The notes below the pieces were generated by a model. It searched no databases and had not been told where the DNA came from. It saw only the letters and a program-made list of their open reading frames with translations. From the IMG/VR virus record IMGVR_UViG_3300030390_001134, positions 167 through 64,166 of that record: a stretch of DNA of 64,000 nucleotides, one strand, 5' to 3'. The stretch comes from a virus (Duplodnaviria > Caudoviricetes). The position numbers were made by a program, and so were the translations under genes. This document shows positions 27,401-37,800 of the stretch, in pieces; position 1 is the stretch's first letter, and every line of letters begins with the position of its first letter.

Positions 27401-30400
27401 TGCATCCAACAGAGTATTCGCACCACACTAATCCGGCTTTAGAAAATCAAGCTAAATATTTCTGGGGAGGTAACGTTGCTTCTGGCGGGGGATTATCTGT
27501 GCCTAGTGTTGCCGAAGGAATTAGTGGAGGTTTAATTGCTTTTGATCCGGTCGAAGCTTTAAATGGAAACGGGGCCACTGGCGGAGCCGGGTCATCCAGG
27601 GTCTTCTGGAGAGACTTGGCTGACAAAGGGGACTTTTTTATAGACTTCTCTACGGCGTATACTTTCACGTCATTTATAGGTGAAATAGACTACTCCGGGG
27701 TTTTTAGCGGCCAGGCCAACGCCACGTCTGGTACGGATAATTACTTTAACGGTCCATTTGGAAGTAGCGATGAAGATTACATTTGGGAAGACCTTGGTTC
27801 ATATGATGGAACCAGCGAAAACCTTGAAAACCCTGAGTGGCTAGAAGCTGGCGCTGCGCCAGTTTTCAATGGATCTTTACAAGGAAACGCCTCTAACCTC
27901 GTGCGCAATATAGGTGGTGGTTTGCCTAGCCGAGGTATATGGCATAACAACTCCGGCGATGGTAGCTATATGGATATCTCATGGACCGGTATGGGTGTTG
28001 GTTACGATGGAACCAATGAAGTCGATCAACCTTTTGTTCAGATGCTACAGCAAGTGGTAGGCTCAGAGGTACACAGCAATGCTGCGGGCTTTATTTTAAA
28101 ACTAACAACTCCAGGCACGGTATTTAGGTTTCAAAATGATCCAGACGGTACTGAGTACACTGTGCAAAAAACTACCGTAAACAGCGGCAATGAGTATGCA
28201 TACGACAACCCAGATTTTTGGGAGGCTGGTACAAACCGTACCACAGGCGCTTTTGGTATTAGAAATTCTAGGGTTACAGGTGGTGGCGGTTACGATATTG
28301 GATATAGACACTATCAAGGATGGAACATGCGCCAAAGATGGACTATAGCTGTAACACCTAAAATAGGCTCAAGCAACTCCATAAGTGGTTACAACCCCAT
28401 ACACGGTACAATGGAAGGCGGACCAACAAATACTCACGCAGATTATAGAAGAGCTCTTCATCACGATGCTACAGACAATGACGTTATAGAGATATTAGGT
28501 GCACCTTCTGGTGGTCGCGGAGGTTCTGTTGAAGAATCAGCTATATGGGAAACAGAACCTAAAGAAGCTGCTGAGTTGGATATATACTACCAAGCTAGTG
28601 GCTTAAACCCTATTCGTTTATCAGAAGAAACTAACGAGGAGTTTATACCTATTGGATCTACTTTTTCAGACGTAGGCCAGGAGCAGTCAGGTCAAACATA
28701 CAAGGTGACAAGTTGGGAAAACGGAAATACGTTTAACTTCACACCGAATATAGTGCCACAAGGCGTTACTCCAGCTGGCACAACAATTACGTTTACAAAG
28801 CCAAACGGCGCCGCTGTTACCGCTGCTATAACAACGGCAATATCTACTACCATATCTGCTATAGAGCTTCATGGAGGTCTTGCTACAGATGATGCCAGTC
28901 AAAAACTATATACTCAAACTCATACGTTAAACTGGAGCAACTGCTGGATGTTTGGTAACGGAGTAGAGTCAGATAGGATTCGTGATGATTTCAACGAAGT
29001 ACAATTAGATAACGGTGTTAAAGCATCCAGTACTATAAGTGGCATATCTAAGCAAGAGCGAAGAAAGCACGGGCTTATATGGTCTGGTATATACAACTCC
29101 GCGTCTGGAATTAATGATACTAATCAGTTTATTATGGCTGAGAAGATCACTAAAGATATTAATCCAATATACGGTAGTATACAAAAGCTATACAACAGAA
29201 ACACTAGGTTGCTAATGTTCTGTGAAGATAAAATTCTAAGAGCTGTTACAAATAAAGACGCGTTATACAACGCCGATGGAAACCCTCAGCTTGTGGCAAG
29301 TAACGCGGTTATAGGTGATGTAACGTCGTACCAAGGAGAGTACGGTATATCTACAGACGCGGCTTCTTTCGCAGAAACACCATACGCTATATATTTCGCC
29401 GACAGCGCAAGGGCGCAGGTTTTAAGACTAACAACAGAGGGTGTAGTATCTATATCAGACAAAGGTATGAGAGACTACTTTGCAGACTACATGTCTAAGG
29501 ATGTTGCAAAAGTTGTAGGTAGTTATGACGAGCGTAGCAAGGAATACAACCTAACTATCTCTAAGCAATTTACTGGCTCTAATTCAGGTCAACCAACATC
29601 TCAGACTACTACGTCTTACAGCGATATATCGGGTGGGTGGAGTAGCTTTAAAAGCTTCTACCCACAAAATGGTATTAGCATAAACAGTACTTACTATACT
29701 TTTTTCAATGGGCATATTTGGGAGCACTATCACAAAGACGCGGCTTACAATACTTTCTACGGCTCGCATGGAAGCTCAGACCACAGTAGTGTGACTTTAA
29801 TAGTAAACGATAGCCCAGGTTCAGTAAAAAGTTTTGGCGCTATAAACTACGAAGGTTCGCAAGCTAAAGTATCTGAATTTTCTACAACATCTGTAAAGAT
29901 GTTTAATAACAACTACGCGGCTACTGCTGGTGGAGCGAGCTCAGGGTTAGCGCCCACAACAAATGTTGTTGATGGTGAGTATCACAATCTTACAGCGAGC
30001 AAAGGTTGGTACGCAGATAATATAACTACCGATCTACAGACTAGCGGTAATATAGAATTTAAAGAAAAAGAAGGTAAATGGTTTGGTTACCCTAGCGGAG
30101 AAACAACCTCTCTTACCAACTTAAACGAAAAAGAGTTTACGGTACAAGGTTTAGGTACCGCATCTATCACTCACGATGACGCAAGTTGGGGAGCTAGAAT
30201 ATCAATCTCTATAGAAAACAATGACGACCCTTTGTTTAACGCTGGTACTAACGATGGAACAAACGTATGGGACGGTGGTAGCGACATTGCAAGGCTTCGC
30301 CATATTGCGTCTGTTTCAACAGGTGTCTTTGAGGCTCAAGCGGGTGTTCTTGAAAGCCACAACGTTGTTTTTGAAATAACTAATAATTTAGATGATAACA

Positions 30401-32370
30401 CGTTTCCCATATCTGACCGTCCTTGGAGCGGTTACTATATAGAAGCTAAAAACTTTGTTGTTGGAAATGGTAACTTAGCGGCTTCGTTTCCGAGTATCTA
30501 TATCTGGAATGGATCAGGTACTAATTGGAATGTTAATCCGAAAATAAATACTGTGACTTTCACCGACACCGGTACTCCAGGTGATGCTAATAACACGGTT
30601 CTAGTTACATGCAGTATACCTGCTACTTCGTTCTCAGCAACAGAAACCTTATATATAGACATTGATATAAATGAGGATGACCCTCCGTCTAATACACTAA
30701 CAAACGATTTTGCAATCCAAGCTGGGTTCATCGATGTTGCAGCAGACACACATGCTACCACCTCTGACTACACTGTGACTAACGTTGGGACGAGCCCGTT
30801 TGTTTACACTAATTTTACAGGTACAGCTGTTGGGAACGCACCTGTAGAGGTTGCTAAAATTGTTTTTACTGCAAATTCAGGGCAAAGATATATACCTACT
30901 AATACGATCGTCGACTTTGGCCCATTTAATACTGTGGATGGGTTAATAGATGATCTATATACTCACACTGCCGGAGAGTTTGTTACTGATGCAAATGGTA
31001 ATGTAACTTCTTTTACTGTAAGAATATTTCATAATAACGTTTCACTATCTTCTCAAGGCACGGATCCAGCTATTTATGGGCACTCAGTGTTTATAACTAG
31101 AGATGTTCAAGAGATATACGTAGAGCCAGCTGAGCCGACGCTTGCTTTGTACACGGCATCGTGGGTTAATTCAGATCAATATTACGACCCTGCTACAGAT
31201 ACATTTGAAATAGCATATGTAGCAAATAATAGCTGGATACCTATAAATGTTTCTGGTTCAGGGAATACACCTTATAGAGTATCACTGCAAAAGAAAACTG
31301 GACTGCACTCTATTACTACAGCCGCGACAAACGGGTATTATAATTTTGAAACTCACGAGTTCCAAACAGCGCCTTGTAACTTTAGTGCTACAACTAATAC
31401 CCTTGGAAGCGCTACGCATCAAGTTTATTTTCCTTCGGTTTCGGATGCTACAAGATATGATTTAGTTTTTTCAAATGAGCTAACTTACGTTGGTGGCAAT
31501 GTAACGTTTGGCAATAGTGTCCCAACAGCAGCTGGAGACGCTATAATAACAAACTGTGGAACCGAGACTCTTACAGTTAACCCTGTAGTTTACGAATCCG
31601 CAAACTTTGGAGTAATACCTGACGATTTAGAATTTATTAAAGTATCTGACTGCACTACGGGTGGTGGTGAAATTTCCAATGTGGAAGTTCACGGCGTTGG
31701 AGGTACTGCAGGCGTGTCTTCTGACAGGCTTGTGTTAAACTTAGCTTCAACTTCAATATTCCCTGGTATGATAGTTACCGCAAGCGGGGTGGCACATAAC
31801 ACTACTGTTTTATCTATTAGTGAAAAAGCCGTAACCTTAAGTGCTGCTGCTACCGTAGCTAATAACACAGATATATTGTTTACTAAAAACAGTGTAAGTT
31901 TACTTCCTTTTAGTTTTACTATACCGCCAAATGGCAGTGGAGATGCCTTGAGTGTTAATGCTGCTGGGATAGCAAACCCAAACAGTGTTGGTGGGTTACG
32001 CGCAAGGAAACAAACTATAAACGGTACGGCGGCTAAAACAATAACCCACACATTGGACTCCACCAAAGGCGTGGTTCCAGGTATGGCAATCACCGGAGCG
32101 GAGGTTAAAGTAGCAAGCGGTACGAATTTAACTGTGGCTAGTGTAACTAACGGCACGGTTATCGTGTTAAGTGAACCTCAAAGCTTCCTTGATAACGCTG
32201 CTCTTAAATTTTCAGGAGGCAACAGCGATTCCTCGTTGGTAAATCTACATAGTATACAAGCTAATAAAATAGGTAGTAACATAGTCGTATCTGGATATAT
32301 TAACGCGCTTAAGATAGCCTCCACAGCGCGCGTAGATATATACTTAGATGACATAATAGATACAGCATAA
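24439..32370 (+). CDS. large tail stabilization/nozzle protein (2643 aa)
   Basis: RMNKDVDERLL..GEYRDA.N N-terminus, FSYRYKY.DGEYS, NRLIYGNY, GNGVESDRIRDDFN, KEKEGKWF; many inserted beta domains. Confidence 0.7.
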   Translation: MAELKRNFLGARMNKDVDERLLKPGEYRDANNIEISTSEGSDVGTVQTIKGNTKRETMASGTGVYGVPDTATCVGSIADKETDKIYYFLSGGDRNDSLELPSLRKNYILEYDTVLESHKYVFVDIFEVNTTCGELTEGNSYIYIPAPDQTGSSNFNTTGVRIGMTLTTTGGYNENDEIKVTDIKYETLSPYGVSFPVFKITLSKALTAFNIPVNAAVKFISGSVLRFKRDRLITGVNILDGFIYWTDDFSEPKKINIKRSIMGTGGTKYLVGGSITGGISDTATANSYNLFTGDTEHFHTRLVIKGESTNPNTNHIVVTNPAGNEAVYVKEDHITVIKKAPTQPLDLEMYRSVTPRLDNSGAEASVTGFVSGFNFHVDGELLTTSSEPITFELSEARDFRKDDILTFSSPGSSTTGSYSEWQVKVKVTSGVAQSAIGYNPVTEITGQILNISKDIASTQDQWNVKRETGDTLFEFKFPRFSYRYKYQDGEYSTFAPFSQVAFLPDVFDYATKQGYNLGMINQLKSLKLKGYFGNSDIRPRDISEIDILYKETNNPTVYVLRTLTANSKGDLNAWPDLLTSPNARGEVTVNSDNIYSVVPSNQLLRPWDNVPLFAKSQEISANRLIYGNYVQNFNVPKEPKITFNLLIDGASDADWQNAGPSIKSLRDYSIGVVYSDDYGRETPVLFDTPKSIKTLKENSSTRNRFQVSLSDDVPPPSWAKYFSYYIKETSTEYYNLVMDRWYDAGDGNVWLSFPSAERNKIDEDTYIKLKKKHGSNTTSTERARYKVLSIENEAPDAVKKNRVIVGTLFNSGFIGNSEEGYPLQGFTYFMVQATNFNASIDIGVLQNASETSVRFGGAGLVSNHYEIVSVTTVNDKYRIELKTPIGPDAAFASASDTFASAIQDLYVEFFEMKTENKAEFDGRFFVKINSDQALRSEVLFSNDTSQRTIIDSKALRYLNNNGYVTETMYTGPKTIRHLENGYSGTRDLHPTEYSHHTNPALENQAKYFWGGNVASGGGLSVPSVAEGISGGLIAFDPVEALNGNGATGGAGSSRVFWRDLADKGDFFIDFSTAYTFTSFIGEIDYSGVFSGQANATSGTDNYFNGPFGSSDEDYIWEDLGSYDGTSENLENPEWLEAGAAPVFNGSLQGNASNLVRNIGGGLPSRGIWHNNSGDGSYMDISWTGMGVGYDGTNEVDQPFVQMLQQVVGSEVHSNAAGFILKLTTPGTVFRFQNDPDGTEYTVQKTTVNSGNEYAYDNPDFWEAGTNRTTGAFGIRNSRVTGGGGYDIGYRHYQGWNMRQRWTIAVTPKIGSSNSISGYNPIHGTMEGGPTNTHADYRRALHHDATDNDVIEILGAPSGGRGGSVEESAIWETEPKEAAELDIYYQASGLNPIRLSEETNEEFIPIGSTFSDVGQEQSGQTYKVTSWENGNTFNFTPNIVPQGVTPAGTTITFTKPNGAAVTAAITTAISTTISAIELHGGLATDDASQKLYTQTHTLNWSNCWMFGNGVESDRIRDDFNEVQLDNGVKASSTISGISKQERRKHGLIWSGIYNSASGINDTNQFIMAEKITKDINPIYGSIQKLYNRNTRLLMFCEDKILRAVTNKDALYNADGNPQLVASNAVIGDVTSYQGEYGISTDAASFAETPYAIYFADSARAQVLRLTTEGVVSISDKGMRDYFADYMSKDVAKVVGSYDERSKEYNLTISKQFTGSNSGQPTSQTTTSYSDISGGWSSFKSFYPQNGISINSTYYTFFNGHIWEHYHKDAAYNTFYGSHGSSDHSSVTLIVNDSPGSVKSFGAINYEGSQAKVSEFSTTSVKMFNNNYAATAGGASSGLAPTTNVVDGEYHNLTASKGWYADNITTDLQTSGNIEFKEKEGKWFGYPSGETTSLTNLNEKEFTVQGLGTASITHDDASWGARISISIENNDDPLFNAGTNDGTNVWDGGSDIARLRHIASVSTGVFEAQAGVLESHNVVFEITNNLDDNTFPISDRPWSGYYIEAKNFVVGNGNLAASFPSIYIWNGSGTNWNVNPKINTVTFTDTGTPGDANNTVLVTCSIPATSFSATETLYIDIDINEDDPPSNTLTNDFAIQAGFIDVAADTHATTSDYTVTNVGTSPFVYTNFTGTAVGNAPVEVAKIVFTANSGQRYIPTNTIVDFGPFNTVDGLIDDLYTHTAGEFVTDANGNVTSFTVRIFHNNVSLSSQGTDPAIYGHSVFITRDVQEIYVEPAEPTLALYTASWVNSDQYYDPATDTFEIAYVANNSWIPINVSGSGNTPYRVSLQKKTGLHSITTAATNGYYNFETHEFQTAPCNFSATTNTLGSATHQVYFPSVSDATRYDLVFSNELTYVGGNVTFGNSVPTAAGDAIITNCGTETLTVNPVVYESANFGVIPDDLEFIKVSDCTTGGGEISNVEVHGVGGTAGVSSDRLVLNLASTSIFPGMIVTASGVAHNTTVLSISEKAVTLSAAATVANNTDILFTKNSVSLLPFSFTIPPNGSGDALSVNAAGIANPNSVGGLRARKQTINGTAAKTITHTLDSTKGVVPGMAITGAEVKVASGTNLTVASVTNGTVIVLSEPQSFLDNAALKFSGGNSDSSLVNLHSIQANKIGSNIVVSGYINALKIASTARVDIYLDDIIDTA

Positions 32371-32371
32371 T

Positions 32372-32737
32372 ATGCCAAGCGTAACATTAACATTTTCAGC
32401 TCCGCTAAACACCTCTTGTCAAGTAGGTGATTTAGCATATTACGTAACCACTCAAGACTTAGGTGGTTTTAAAACAAATGATGGTGACGTTGCTTTAATT
32501 GGTGAGATCCGTCAGATTACTAACCCAGCCAGTAGCTCACCTACTATTATATGTGAAACAACAGTTGGTTATCTCACCCTTAACGGTAAAAACAAGTTTA
32601 TATTGTTTAGTAAAGACAACAAGGCAAACCTAAGTTCTATACTAGGTTATCATGCTAGTGTCAAGCTAGTCAATGATTCTACTGTAGCTTCAGAGCTGTT
32701 TAGTGTAGGTATGGACATGTTTGAAAGTAGTAAATAA
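32372..32737 (+). CDS. putative tail structural protein
   Basis: N.SCQVGD.AYY, FSKDNKANLSSILGY. Confidence 0.6.
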   Translation: MPSVTLTFSAPLNTSCQVGDLAYYVTTQDLGGFKTNDGDVALIGEIRQITNPASSSPTIICETTVGYLTLNGKNKFILFSKDNKANLSSILGYHASVKLVNDSTVASELFSVGMDMFESSK

Positions 32738-32758
32738 GGACTATAAAGTGTAACTATA
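32730..32758 (+). promoter_or_regulatory. class L promoter-like motif
   Basis: GTAAATA-N12-TGTAACTATA upstream of the ejection-protein genes. Confidence 0.65.
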
Positions 32759-32795
32759 TTAGTACGCTTAGCAAATAAACTAAAATAAATTAATC

Positions 32796-33623
32796 ATGGC
32801 AATACCTATAATGGCCATTACTGGAGCAATTAATGCCTTTTCAGGTATAGCTAAAGCAGCTGCCGGTAAAAGCGCAGCAGCAGCAGCAAAGATAGAGGCT
32901 GATAAGGCTCGAATAGAAATGGAGAAGCAGAAAGATGCTTTTGCAGCTTTAGACACTAGTAACCCATATGCTAATATGGAGAATACTATGGAGGATCTAA
33001 CAGTCAACCAACAGCAGGCCGAGTTTGAAAAACAAAACAATATGCAGAACCAAGCGAATATCATGGGTCAAATGCGTGGCGCGGCTGGTTCGTCTGGTAT
33101 AGCAGCTTTAGCACAGAGCTTATCTAACCAAGGTTCTTTAGACGCTCAAAGAGCTTCAGCTTCTATTGGAGCTCAAGAAGCTCAGAACCAAAAACTTTCA
33201 GCTGCAGAAGCTAGTAAGAATCAAGCGTTAGAAAGACAAGGCGAAATGCAAAGCCGTAACATGCAGTTCGGAAAAACAAAGTCTTTACTTAGTATGGCTG
33301 CTGGAGATGTCTCTAACGCTCAAGCTATGGAAGCTGCAGGCAATCAGCAGAGGATGGCTGGTATAGGTGATGCTCTTGGTGGTGTAACCGATATAGCAAC
33401 ATCAGGTTTATTCGGTGGTAATAAAACAACTGCGGCGACAGATACTACAACTGTCCCGGTTGTAGGCGGTACGGCTCAAGTAGGTGGCATATCAACGCCA
33501 CAAAACGTAACGGGACAAAATGAAGTCACGGGTGCCACTGGCGGTGGTAACACTAGTTGGGACATGGGTAACAGTGCGCCACAGTTTGGATATGTAGATG
33601 GAGTTTGGCAGCAAATAAATTAG
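32796..33623 (+). CDS. internal virion/ejection (pilot-like) protein
   Basis: Ala/Gly/Gln-rich, hydrophobic N-terminus, coiled coil; first of three genes after the tail module. Confidence 0.65.
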   Translation: MAIPIMAITGAINAFSGIAKAAAGKSAAAAAKIEADKARIEMEKQKDAFAALDTSNPYANMENTMEDLTVNQQQAEFEKQNNMQNQANIMGQMRGAAGSSGIAALAQSLSNQGSLDAQRASASIGAQEAQNQKLSAAEASKNQALERQGEMQSRNMQFGKTKSLLSMAAGDVSNAQAMEAAGNQQRMAGIGDALGGVTDIATSGLFGGNKTTAATDTTTVPVVGGTAQVGGISTPQNVTGQNEVTGATGGGNTSWDMGNSAPQFGYVDGVWQQIN

Positions 33624-33626
33624 ATT

Positions 33627-34808
33627 ATGGCAGAATCAACGGGAGTAAATTATAATTTAGGTAGTGATACACTGCGAGCGGTTCGCGACGCTGGGCTAGG
33701 AGGAGAAGCTAGGGAGCAGTTGCAGAAATCCGTAACAGCGGATGCTATAGGTGGTATCGCGCAAGGCGTGGTTGATAAAATAGAGAAGAAGCAAGAGGAC
33801 ACAGCTACGCGATTAGAGAATTGGGATTCAGGTTTCGATGCTATGGGTGATAGAGGATCGTGGGCATCTGGCGAGTTGTTTGATCAGTTTCAAACTATGG
33901 AAGCTGGTTATAGAGATGAGTATGTAGAAGCGGTTAGAACTGGTGATAAGCAAGCTCAGCAGAGAATGTTAAAAGACCAAGCTGCTAGAGCTTCTGGATT
34001 AGATGGGTGGAAGGAGACTATGGAAACCGCTAAGCAAATAAATGACATGCCAGGCGGAGGATGGAGTAATACTTTTAAAGGTGACGAGGAATCACTGGAG
34101 ATAATGAACGCTCTAACAACGTTGGATGGTAAGTCGGCTGTAACAAAGTTTGGAGAAAATGGCGAGATGGTATTTGAGATAAAGCTACCCGGCCCACCTG
34201 CAAAAACGGTTACAAAAACGCGACGTCAAATAGACGACATGATTGCAAAGGGTACTAAACCCCTTAAGCTAAAGCAAGACATGGGGGAAAGGTTAATAAA
34301 AATTAGGAAAGACGCAGAGGAAGGAAAAAGCGATTGGGATGAAAACAGATCTTACCAGAATGTTGTTGACTCAATAGATGAAAACAATGTTAGCCATTAT
34401 TTTAACGAGAACATTTTAGGTAAAACAACTTTCAGAGAAGATTTTATTGCCAAAGAGAATCCTGTTTGGAGTAAACCAATTAACATTGAAAGCAATCTCA
34501 CTCTTATGAGTGCGGACCCTACCCCAGATGGTGTTATTTCTGAAGGTGATTGGGTACTTATGATTGAAGACAGTGCCACGAAAGAGCTTATAATGGACGA
34601 GATGGAACGTCAACCAGATATAGCAAAGCATTACATAGCTGACTGGGTTGTCAATACTGAAAAGCAGAACGTTACAGATGGGCAAACAAAGCGTGCTAAC
34701 GAAAACATAAAAGAGTACTATGAGAACCTTCCGAATGCAAAATTAAAAGCGGAGTTTTATAAAGAACATAGTGCTGAGCTAAAGAAAGCTTACGACGCCA
34801 ATTTTTAG
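33627..34808 (+). CDS. internal virion/ejection protein
   Basis: Helical 393-aa ORF between the pilot-like and giant proteins. Confidence 0.55.
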   Translation: MAESTGVNYNLGSDTLRAVRDAGLGGEAREQLQKSVTADAIGGIAQGVVDKIEKKQEDTATRLENWDSGFDAMGDRGSWASGELFDQFQTMEAGYRDEYVEAVRTGDKQAQQRMLKDQAARASGLDGWKETMETAKQINDMPGGGWSNTFKGDEESLEIMNALTTLDGKSAVTKFGENGEMVFEIKLPGPPAKTVTKTRRQIDDMIAKGTKPLKLKQDMGERLIKIRKDAEEGKSDWDENRSYQNVVDSIDENNVSHYFNENILGKTTFREDFIAKENPVWSKPINIESNLTLMSADPTPDGVISEGDWVLMIEDSATKELIMDEMERQPDIAKHYIADWVVNTEKQNVTDGQTKRANENIKEYYENLPNAKLKAEFYKEHSAELKKAYDANF

Positions 34809-34823
34809 TAGAAACTAAACAAT

Positions 34824-37800
34824 ATGAACGGACAGCAACAAGGTTACCCAGAAGAGTTACAGATTGTCGTAGATAAAATGAAGGCTAATAGAGAGCCTCA
34901 GTTTAATATTGACATTATGGTACAGAGCTACTACGCATCTAAACAGGATGCAGGCTCAGGGCCAGAGCCGACACCGGTAGCTGGTCAACAAGAAGTAGAG
35001 GAGAACGTTGGTATTCCAAAAGAATCATCTATTGACCAAGAGTGGTGGGACAATGCTGGACTAGATAGGAGCTCTTACTTTGACGAGCAAGGTAATATGT
35101 TACCACCTCCTAGTGTTCTTACAACGGTTGATCCCGGTTGGGATCAGATACGTTTAGAAGAAGAGAACGCTATCAAAGCTCAAGCTGCTTTAGAAAGCGC
35201 TGAAAGCTACGACTCAACAGATATAAGCGAAGGTGAGGGTGATAGTGAGTATAGCACTCAAAGCATTGTTGAAGACAGTGTAGCTACGGAGGAGCAGAGG
35301 AAAGAGAACATAGAAAAAGCCTCTGCTGACTATCAAGAGTTTATTGATGCATCCTTTGCTTATAACTCTATAACAGACGAAGACAAAGCTAGAGAAGCTG
35401 ATCTTGTATCTAAATGGGAGAAAGACGGTTTAGCTATGGTGATGGGCGAAATACCCACTATAAATTATTTCGGTCTTGGTAGTGGAAACATGTTAACTGT
35501 TGACAACTACGTTGCATACAAGCGTCGCAGGGCTAGAAACCCAGAAAGCATGGACTTTGATCCTACGTTACCTAGTTACATAGAGGTTAAGCACAACGAA
35601 TATGAATCTAACCCCACGTTTAGAGATGCAAAAATAAATATTGCGAAAAGCGAATATGCTAAAAAGGCAGGGTTAAGCGAGAGTGAAACAAAAAAGCTGC
35701 TTAAGGCTAACATTGATCCAGCTAATGCAGAGTCTATGGAGCCTTTTTCTACTTTTGACGAGGATGGAAATGTAGTTTCTTTTGAGAATGAGTACAAGAA
35801 CATAGACCCAAACCAATCTGGTAGGATTTTATCTGATGGATCTAAGCTAGGTGACAAGTTACGTAAGGGTGTTGAGGATAAATTAACTGCTCAGAATGAC
35901 GCTGAAAGTCAGAGGGCTAACGTGAAAAAGTTTGTTGAAGCATTACCATCGTACTCAAAGACGTCTGCTACTGGTGCGGTAGTAAAAGCTGCAACAGGGT
36001 TGGATCTTGGATTGTTTTTAAAGAGTGATGCGCAGAAACTAATTGAAAAGCGAGCTAAAGAGGATTTTAAGTTATTAGAAAGCAACGTGCAAAAAATAGC
36101 TTCTGAAGCAGACGTAGTAGGTTCTCAGATCAAAAACAACGGTGCTCTTTTAACTAAAGCCCATGAAGATCTAAAAGCGCTGGGTGATGTTCGGGCTAAG
36201 ATAAATGAGTTAAAAAACGGGGAGTATACTACTGAGGCCCAGGTTAAAAACGCTAATCAAAAAATAAGCGCGCTGGTAAATGACTACACAGCTAAGTTTA
36301 ACGCGTTTGATAAATACAGAAAAGCTAACAGCACTTTAAATAACGCAGCTGCAAGGATTGGAGCGGAGATAAAGGATCTAGACGTGAAGGTAAAAGACCT
36401 AGGCGCGTTTACAGAGTTTATTGGGGATAATCATCAGATAGGTACACAAATGGCTTGGTCTGCTGCAAACGCTGCTATAGACCTTGGTCAAGGCTTTATG
36501 GACTTTGCATATATGGCTAATCCTTTTGGCGCTTTATCTGACGAGTTGATTGATTGGGCTGGTGAAGACTCTCTTGCAGCATCTATAGTGGAAGGAGTTA
36601 GGATAGCAGCTGCACCTATGACAGGAGGTTTAAGTTTATACTCAGGGGACAGGAGGGACGATATGCGAGATGCTATAGATAATTTTCAAGAAAACGTATC
36701 GTCTAAAATTGAACAGCCACCTGCGTTTAGTAGTATAAAAGATGTAGGTAGCTTTGCTGAGTGGGCAGCTGTAACAGGTATTGCTCAAGCGCCTCAATTA
36801 GCTTTAATGTATGCCAGTGGCGGTACGTCTGGTTTACTTTTAATGGGTGCCGGTGCAGCTGGAACGAAGTACAACGAGATGGAAGAGAACCGCGAGACCT
36901 ACAGAGAGTCTGGTGGGTTATATGGTATAGATCACTCTTTCGCCAGCATGCTTGCCGTATCAACGTTTACAGGTGCTGTTGAGGCATTGTCTGAGAAAGT
37001 TACACTAGGACAGCTTAATGCTGCGGGTAGAACTTTGAAAAACGAAGTGTTTAAAGCAAGTGGCAGAAGAGGCATTGCGAAGTATTTAAGAAACGACGTG
37101 TTTACTAAGGATTCTTTTAGATCAACTCTTCGAGGGGGAAAAGACTTGTTTGAGGAAGGCGGCTCAGAGTTCCTAGCAACCGTAGGCGGTAACGCTTTAA
37201 CTATAGCATCAGGGGATAAATCTGTAGGGCTTTGGGATGGCGGTCTTGAGTCGTTTGTTACAGGAGCTATGATAAGTTCTACTATTAAAACACCTTCTTT
37301 ATTCAGGTCCGCCGTAGCTCCTTTCCAGTCTAAGACAACTTCAGAGATCTTAAACAATAATCTTGATATTATTGAAAGGAACCGTGCTGTTGCTTCTGGA
37401 GAGACCGGGGCTTCAGCCGATGCGGTGCAGTTTGCTCAAGATATTATAGCTGAAGCTGTTCACGAAAATAAGTTGGCCTTAGAGTTAGACATTAAAAGGG
37501 TGGACGCGTACGAAGACGCTGATAAGTCTAGGCTGATAAATATAGAATCAGATAACATAGATCTTCGCCGTAAGGCAACCGCTATAGTTCAAGATGAAAC
37601 ATTAGATGAGTCTCAGAAAAAAGAGATGATTAATGATCTTCAGACAAAGCTTGATAATAATATTGCTGAGAAGCAAGCTATTATAGAAAAATACCCTGAA
37701 GATGTAGTTAATAAAAAGTACAGTGAGACATCATTAGGCCGTCAACCCGCATCTCAAACATTTGAAGAGAATATAGAATTCGCTAAAAAGCATAGCGCTT

